A stretch of DNA of 64,000 nucleotides, from sequence record MT682710.1; one strand, given 5' to 3'. The notes under the pieces were generated by a model. It was given only the letters and a program-made list of their open reading frames with translations, was not told where the DNA came from and made no database searches. A program made the position numbers and the translations under genes. Positions within the stretch are counted from its first letter, which is position 1, and each line of letters begins with the position of its first letter. This document shows positions 59,408 to 64,000 of this stretch, in pieces. This DNA is from Escherichia phage vB_EcoM_FT.

Positions 59408-60409
59408 TTACTTAATTAACTGTAAAGCTTGTTCCAGACGATCAAGACGATTAACAGATTCTTCCCAAATCCTTTTAGCCTGCTCATATTCTTTCTGCGC
59501 TTTATTAGAAATTTCTAGAACTTCTTTATAAGCTTTTTCTAGTGCAATAACTTCTGGACGAATTTCTACCGGTTCAGGTGAATCGTCAAGACATTCCATT
59601 AGTTCCTCAAGGGTAGTTTCTTCTTTAGGAGTATTCACAATTTCATCACATTTTTGTTGGTAAATTTCTTTATCAGTAGGTGAATAAGCACATTTCACTT
59701 CACGAAGACTAATTACAATTTTATATCCTTCCCAACCGCATATATTCTTAAAAGGATAAGTATGAATATTTTCTACTGTTTCCATACAAAGTAATGCGGT
59801 CTCTAATTGACGAGTTATAGTGCTAGCAATTGAGAAAAATTTATTAATATTCTTTTGGTTAGTTTCTGGTGTAAAAAATCCATAATTCACAAAAATAGAT
59901 ACTTTATTTTTATCAAGTTCATATTCTTTTACGATAATCATATCAGAAGCCAAAGGATGAATTTGACGATAATCGCCATAACATAATTTAGAAGCTGATT
60001 TTAGAATTTGTCCTTTGAAAAGTCTGAAATTACTAATCCAACGACGAGTAAAAATATTCTCAGGGTCTTCTTTATTATTAAGATGATAAGAATTAACATC
60101 ACCGAACCAATTATATCCTACTACATCTTTAGTTCGTTTAATTTCTTTCCCAAAATTACCAAGAATATCCCGATTAACCAAATATGAAAGAAGACGAGAC
60201 TCTTTAAAGGTTTTCTTGATAAGATCTTTATCTACACGACTAGAAATTTTACGAATTTCATGAATAAATTTAGTAGAAGAAACAATACTTGCATCAACAC
60301 TATTGAGCCATTGATTGATAATAGAAAGAACGATATTTTGACCAAACATCGGTATAGCTTTATCATCAATAACGCTATTGAATGATTTGATATATTCGTT
60401 ACGAGTCAT
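59408..60409 (-). CDS. large hypothetical protein with C-terminal coiled coil (about 333 aa), paralogue family member
   Basis: True start is the ATG at 60409 (MTRNEYIKSF...) downstream of an early promoter and GGAG; the C-terminus is a heptad helix. Confidence 0.55.
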   Translation of the reverse strand: MTRNEYIKSFNSVIDDKAIPMFGQNIVLSIINQWLNSVDASIVSSTKFIHEIRKISSRVDKDLIKKTFKESRLLSYLVNRDILGNFGKEIKRTKDVVGYNWFGDVNSYHLNNKEDPENIFTRRWISNFRLFKGQILKSASKLCYGDYRQIHPLASDMIIVKEYELDKNKVSIFVNYGFFTPETNQKNINKFFSIASTITRQLETALLCMETVENIHTYPFKNICGWEGYKIVISLREVKCAYSPTDKEIYQQKCDEIVNTPKEETTLEELMECLDDSPEPVEIRPEVIALEKAYKEVLEISNKAQKEYEQAKRIWEESVNRLDRLEQALQLIK

Positions 60410-60434
60410 ATTAATCTCCTCAGTAGAAAGTAAG

Positions 60435-60469
60435 AACATTATACCACATCCTTGTGGCAAAGTAAACTA
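60435..60469 (-). promoter_or_regulatory. early promoter (GTTTAC / TATAAT)
   Basis: Shares the 30-nt core with the promoter at 15162-15193. Confidence 0.55.
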
Positions 60470-61489
60470 GTTCAGTGCATTTAGTGCATTGTTCAGTTTA
60501 GAACGTTGCTTTGTCAGATTTTGAACCCTTGACTGAGCTTGTTCTAACGCCTTTTCAGCTTCTAGCACTTCATTGGTCGCTTTAACGAGTTCATCATCTA
60601 CTGCCTTAAGAGACTTCTCAATCGCATCCGCGTGCCATTTTTCAACAGGTTTAAGACTCGGATTTTCAACAGGAAGAAAATTCACTTTATTGAATTTCCA
60701 TGCATCTTTATTACCTGAACTATACATCCAAAATTTAGGATCGTTTGATAAGTAATTGGATAAATTTAAGTTATCTTGTACTTCTTGCTTTTTCTCTTGC
60801 GGGACTTCGTCCTTTCTCAAAAATTCATATTTAAATGAAACGATCATATCAAGTTCATATGATGTTGTATCTAACTTAAATCGTTCAAAACGAGGTAAAA
60901 TCTTAGATTGAACAGCAGCAACAACATCCATATACTTAAATGCTTCTGTCAACTGTGATTTAAGGCATTCACAAATTGAAAGAGAATTTTTTGTATTAGG
61001 TTTAAAGCTAATTCGTGCAGTTCTATTATTTTCTTTTAACGGTCTTACTTCCATCTGAAGAGTATAACCATCAAATTTCAGGTTCTTTAAGTTAATATCA
61101 GAACCTTTTAATCGACTAGCAGTAGACAAAATTTGCTTTAATTGTTTACGGAATAGAGCAATAAATCTCCATTCAAGACGATAATGATTTGGATTGAAAA
61201 ATCCAGATGATAAATCGACCTTACTCTGACCAACGCCTTGAACAAATAGAGGATTTTTATAATCAATAGTTTTACAGAAATCGGTGAGCTGCTCACGAGC
61301 AGTCATTTGTGTAATATATCCTGCTTCGCTAAAATTACGCACCCATTCGCTGCTGTTCAAATGTTTAAAGGCATGAATGGAACAATTAACTTTACCAAGG
61401 TCTAAATTATTTTCGCACAAAAATGTCATAGCATCACGAGTATAACTGGCATTACGAACCATATCTTCAATTTGAGAACGAGTTTTCAT
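60467..61489 (-). CDS. large hypothetical protein with C-terminal coiled coil (340 aa), paralogue family member
   Basis: N-terminus MKTRSQIEDMV...; C-terminal helix ...LEAEKALEQAQSRVQNLTKQRSKLNNALNALN. Confidence 0.55.
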   Translation of the reverse strand: MKTRSQIEDMVRNASYTRDAMTFLCENNLDLGKVNCSIHAFKHLNSSEWVRNFSEAGYITQMTAREQLTDFCKTIDYKNPLFVQGVGQSKVDLSSGFFNPNHYRLEWRFIALFRKQLKQILSTASRLKGSDINLKNLKFDGYTLQMEVRPLKENNRTARISFKPNTKNSLSICECLKSQLTEAFKYMDVVAAVQSKILPRFERFKLDTTSYELDMIVSFKYEFLRKDEVPQEKKQEVQDNLNLSNYLSNDPKFWMYSSGNKDAWKFNKVNFLPVENPSLKPVEKWHADAIEKSLKAVDDELVKATNEVLEAEKALEQAQSRVQNLTKQRSKLNNALNALN

Positions 61490-61497
61490 AGTGTTCC

Positions 61498-62400
61498 TTA
61501 AGATTTAAGTAAATCAACAATTTTAATTAACTTTTCACGCTCAGATTTAGCTTTACTACTCAATCCAGATAGTCTGAAAATTTCATCATCATATTGCTGA
61601 ATAGAAATATTTAGCTCTTCAATCTGCTTATTAAAATAAGCAATTTGTTCAGAATGTTTTTCATTACTGCGAACTGGTACAGGTTTTGTAGGTAATTTAG
61701 ATGAACTGGATTCATCCGGGCGATAAATTAAAATGCAATTTGAACCAATCGGACATTTAGCACCAGACACATATTCTAATGTTCCAGCTTCTTTTAAAAT
61801 TTCAAAAGCTAAACAGAGATGATGACCCATATTGGCATAATCTGTAGAGTGAGCTCTGACGTAATAATCATCTCCACGAGTGCTAAATTTAAAGCATTTA
61901 AGGTCTTCTGTATTATTGGTCTTAAAAATCATTTGTTTATCTAGACCTTTAGCTAATCGAGCACCTAATGCTAATAATCGTCGTTGATTTTCCCACAAAT
62001 CTGCGATCATTTGGTCAAATGATAATTTCGGCATTAGTCGACCATAAAGGTCGTATCCTTTATTATAATTGCGAAGGATTTCACTCGCATTAATACGAGA
62101 CAATGCTCCAATTTTATTAAGGGCTTTCATAATGCGATTAGATAAACCCATTCCAGACCCGTTTGTTCGCTGCAAATGTTTTTCTAATCCAAATCCAATA
62201 TCAACTTTAAATTTATCTAAAATTTCAGCATGAACATCTCTGTCAATAACATTCAAATCCAAAGTTGGGTTAAATCTATGAAAAAATTTATCTGGCTCTC
62301 CACGACGAAGTACAGTCCATTCATTTAATTTTTTATTAACTAAAGATTTAATTACTGCATTGACATTATTAATTACTACTGACATATTTTCCTCACTCAA
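61498..62400 (-). CDS. large hypothetical protein with Pro-rich linker and C-terminal coiled coil (300 aa)
   Basis: ...SSSSKLPTKPVPV linker followed by a heptad helix; ATGA coupled to the upstream membrane ORF. Confidence 0.5.
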   Translation of the reverse strand: MSEENMSVVINNVNAVIKSLVNKKLNEWTVLRRGEPDKFFHRFNPTLDLNVIDRDVHAEILDKFKVDIGFGLEKHLQRTNGSGMGLSNRIMKALNKIGALSRINASEILRNYNKGYDLYGRLMPKLSFDQMIADLWENQRRLLALGARLAKGLDKQMIFKTNNTEDLKCFKFSTRGDDYYVRAHSTDYANMGHHLCLAFEILKEAGTLEYVSGAKCPIGSNCILIYRPDESSSSKLPTKPVPVRSNEKHSEQIAYFNKQIEELNISIQQYDDEIFRLSGLSSKAKSEREKLIKIVDLLKS

Positions 62401-62807
62401 TTTTCAATTTTAATTTTACTAAATACGCAGAATATGATGGAAAAGACTATATAAGCACCACACACAGATTGAACTAATACCATTCCAAAGAACCAAACAA
62501 TATTATCAAACAATGTCTGTTTTACGTCGAAAGGACGTAAACTTACAGTAATATTATCACCTTTTTCTATTGAAGAATACATCTCTGGGGAAATATATTC
62601 GCTAAATCTATAACCGTCTTTGAGTTCATATACGGCAATAAACGATAAACTAGACCCTTTTCCTTGTGTTCCTGTAATGGTATTAACTACAGTAACATCA
62701 TAATCTTTATAATGCATATAATCATTAATTGCGTAATAACCATATGCAACTACTACACATAAACAACATATCAATAAATTCAATCTTTTAATTATCAACT
62801 GTTTCAT
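62397..62807 (-). CDS. membrane protein (136 aa) with N- and C-terminal TM helices
   Basis: Hydrophobic segments LLICCLCVVVAYGYYAI and IVWFFGMVLVQSVCGAYIVFSIIFCVF. Confidence 0.5.
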   Translation of the reverse strand: MKQLIIKRLNLLICCLCVVVAYGYYAINDYMHYKDYDVTVVNTITGTQGKGSSLSFIAVYELKDGYRFSEYISPEMYSSIEKGDNITVSLRPFDVKQTLFDNIVWFFGMVLVQSVCGAYIVFSIIFCVFSKIKIEN

Positions 62808-62862
62808 AATAATCTCAATTAAAAGGGCTTAGAACCATTATACCATCCTTGGTATAAAGCGG

Positions 62863-63390
62863 TTATGCGAGTACCGTCTTTAACCGTTCTTCAAACTTCC
62901 GAAGAGTATTTTGGCGTTCAGCTCTTTGCTTTTTGTAAGTTTCAATACGCTCTGAAATGAGAGTGTATCGTTCATTTACTGATTCTTTCATAAAATCAGG
63001 AATTTCACGAGAAGCTTTAATCTCGTCAAATTTATCAATAACAGCTTGCTCTTCAGCAATTAAGTTATCATACATTAAAATATCTTTCTTGATGAACTCA
63101 ATATCTTCTTGAGTTACACGAGATAATTTAGATGCTTTATCCTTTTTGTACTGTTCGTTAGTATCACGAGACCAGTGCAATGTACGATTTTTATTCGTAT
63201 TCTTGTAAATTTCTACAATACCAATCTCATCGATAATAACGATCCAATTCCAACGAGATTTGTAAATTTGTCCTCCGTCAACCGTGATTTCACCTCCGAT
63301 TGAGATGTCATTAAAGAACTTGCTTTGTGCTTCTGATTTAAATTTACCATCGTTGTAATTTACCAGGTTGAAAATATCTTTAGCGTTCAT
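62863..63390 (-). CDS. hypothetical protein with C-terminal charged helix (175 aa)
   Basis: Early promoter and GGAGG RBS upstream. Confidence 0.5.
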   Translation of the reverse strand: MNAKDIFNLVNYNDGKFKSEAQSKFFNDISIGGEITVDGGQIYKSRWNWIVIIDEIGIVEIYKNTNKNRTLHWSRDTNEQYKKDKASKLSRVTQEDIEFIKKDILMYDNLIAEEQAVIDKFDEIKASREIPDFMKESVNERYTLISERIETYKKQRAERQNTLRKFEERLKTVLA

Positions 63391-63411
63391 TTTGTGTTCC
63401 TCCGTAGTTGA

Positions 63412-63449
63412 TAGTTGTATAGTACCACAAAGGAACAGTCTTGTAAACC
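63412..63449 (-). promoter_or_regulatory. early promoter cassette
   Basis: Minus strand GGTTTACAAGACTGTTCCTTTGTGGTACTATACAACTATCAACTACGGAGGAAC, member of the repeat family. Confidence 0.55.
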
Positions 63450-63450
63450 G

Positions 63451-63765
63451 CTAAAAGAAACTTCTTTCACAATTTTTTCCACTGAACCACGCGCTCACCG
63501 CTTTCTTAGTCTCAGGAGCAGTGTTATCCATAAACCATTCAAAAGCAGCCTTTTTATGATTCTGGAGGGCTTCTCGGGCTTTAATCTGCTCACGGTCTAT
63601 TAACACTAACATATGAGCCTTTCTTGTCACCAAGGGCTTCTTATGATTCTTGGAGTATTCCCAGTCATTTGTCCAACGCATTGTCGTTGCGAACTGATGA
63701 ACCGCGTCTTTAATTTTAGTTTCGTAAATTTCACGAGCCTTTGAGTATAACATCACTACCTCCAT
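63451..63765 (-). CDS. hypothetical protein (104 aa)
   Basis: ORF near the window end. Confidence 0.45.
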   Translation of the reverse strand: MEVVMLYSKAREIYETKIKDAVHQFATTMRWTNDWEYSKNHKKPLVTRKAHMLVLIDREQIKAREALQNHKKAAFEWFMDNTAPETKKAVSAWFSGKNCERSFF

Positions 63766-64000
63766 TTACCAGTTTAATTCTAGTCATCTTTTTGATGGCA
63801 GTCCATATAATCTATTTCTGAACTGCCTTTTTGTCTTAGAAGGCCTCTTATGAATTTATTTCAGAAGAGTAACCTCAGCGATTTCTTGCCAACCATTTTT
63901 GTCGGTCATAATAAAGTCAGCAAGATAAAGTGCAGTACGCAGTGAAACATTGCGTAAACGGTTAACATTGACTTTCATCCATGATAATGCTTTATAAGTT

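Noticed and set aside
59408-60460. 350-aa version of the coiled-coil paralogue (track start MPQGCGIMF...)
   Set aside because: The first 17 codons run through the -10 box and leader of the early promoter; the ATG at 60409 with a GGAG RBS is the credible start.

Overview
This window is a near-colinear segment of a T-even (T4/T2-like, Tevenvirinae) myovirus genome, identified from gene order and from proteins I recognise by sequence and length. It runs from the 3' part of tail-fibre gene 37 through 38 (adhesin) and holin t on the + strand, then switches to a long minus-strand early/middle array: asiA, arn, motA, 52, ac, stp, ndd, denB, rIIB, rIIA, 39, motB, dexA, dda, srd, modA/modB, soc, 56, dam, 61, sp, dmd, 41, 40, uvsX, a glycosyltransferase, 42, imm, 43, regA, 62, 44, 45, rpbA, 46, 47, alpha-gt, 55, nrdH, nrdG, nrdD, 49, nrdC and a block of large unnamed ORFs. 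No tRNA, rRNA, CRISPR array, integrase or transposase was seen. Regulatory structure is dense: a dispersed family of sigma70-type early promoter cassettes, MotA-box middle promoters, CUUCGG-type tetraloop hairpins and a few clear rho-independent terminators, all on the minus strand. Differences from the T4 reference that I can see from sequence are a T2-type glycine-rich adhesin, a tail fibre with a C-terminal auto-chaperone domain, a single-ORF gene 39, an intron-free nrdD and a DxD glycosyltransferase at the beta-gt position. The most interesting candidates for something undescribed are (1) a putative PD-(D/E)xK nuclease gene translationally coupled to dam, with a convergent plus-strand membrane-protein gene; (2) a tandem array of large paralogous proteins with a shared C-terminal coiled coil upstream of nrdC; and (3) a +1 frameshift at an A8 tract that splits an ORF between 49 and nrdC. 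All calls are from reading the sequence and recalled T-even knowledge; no database search was possible, and comparisons to T4 gene content are from memory.
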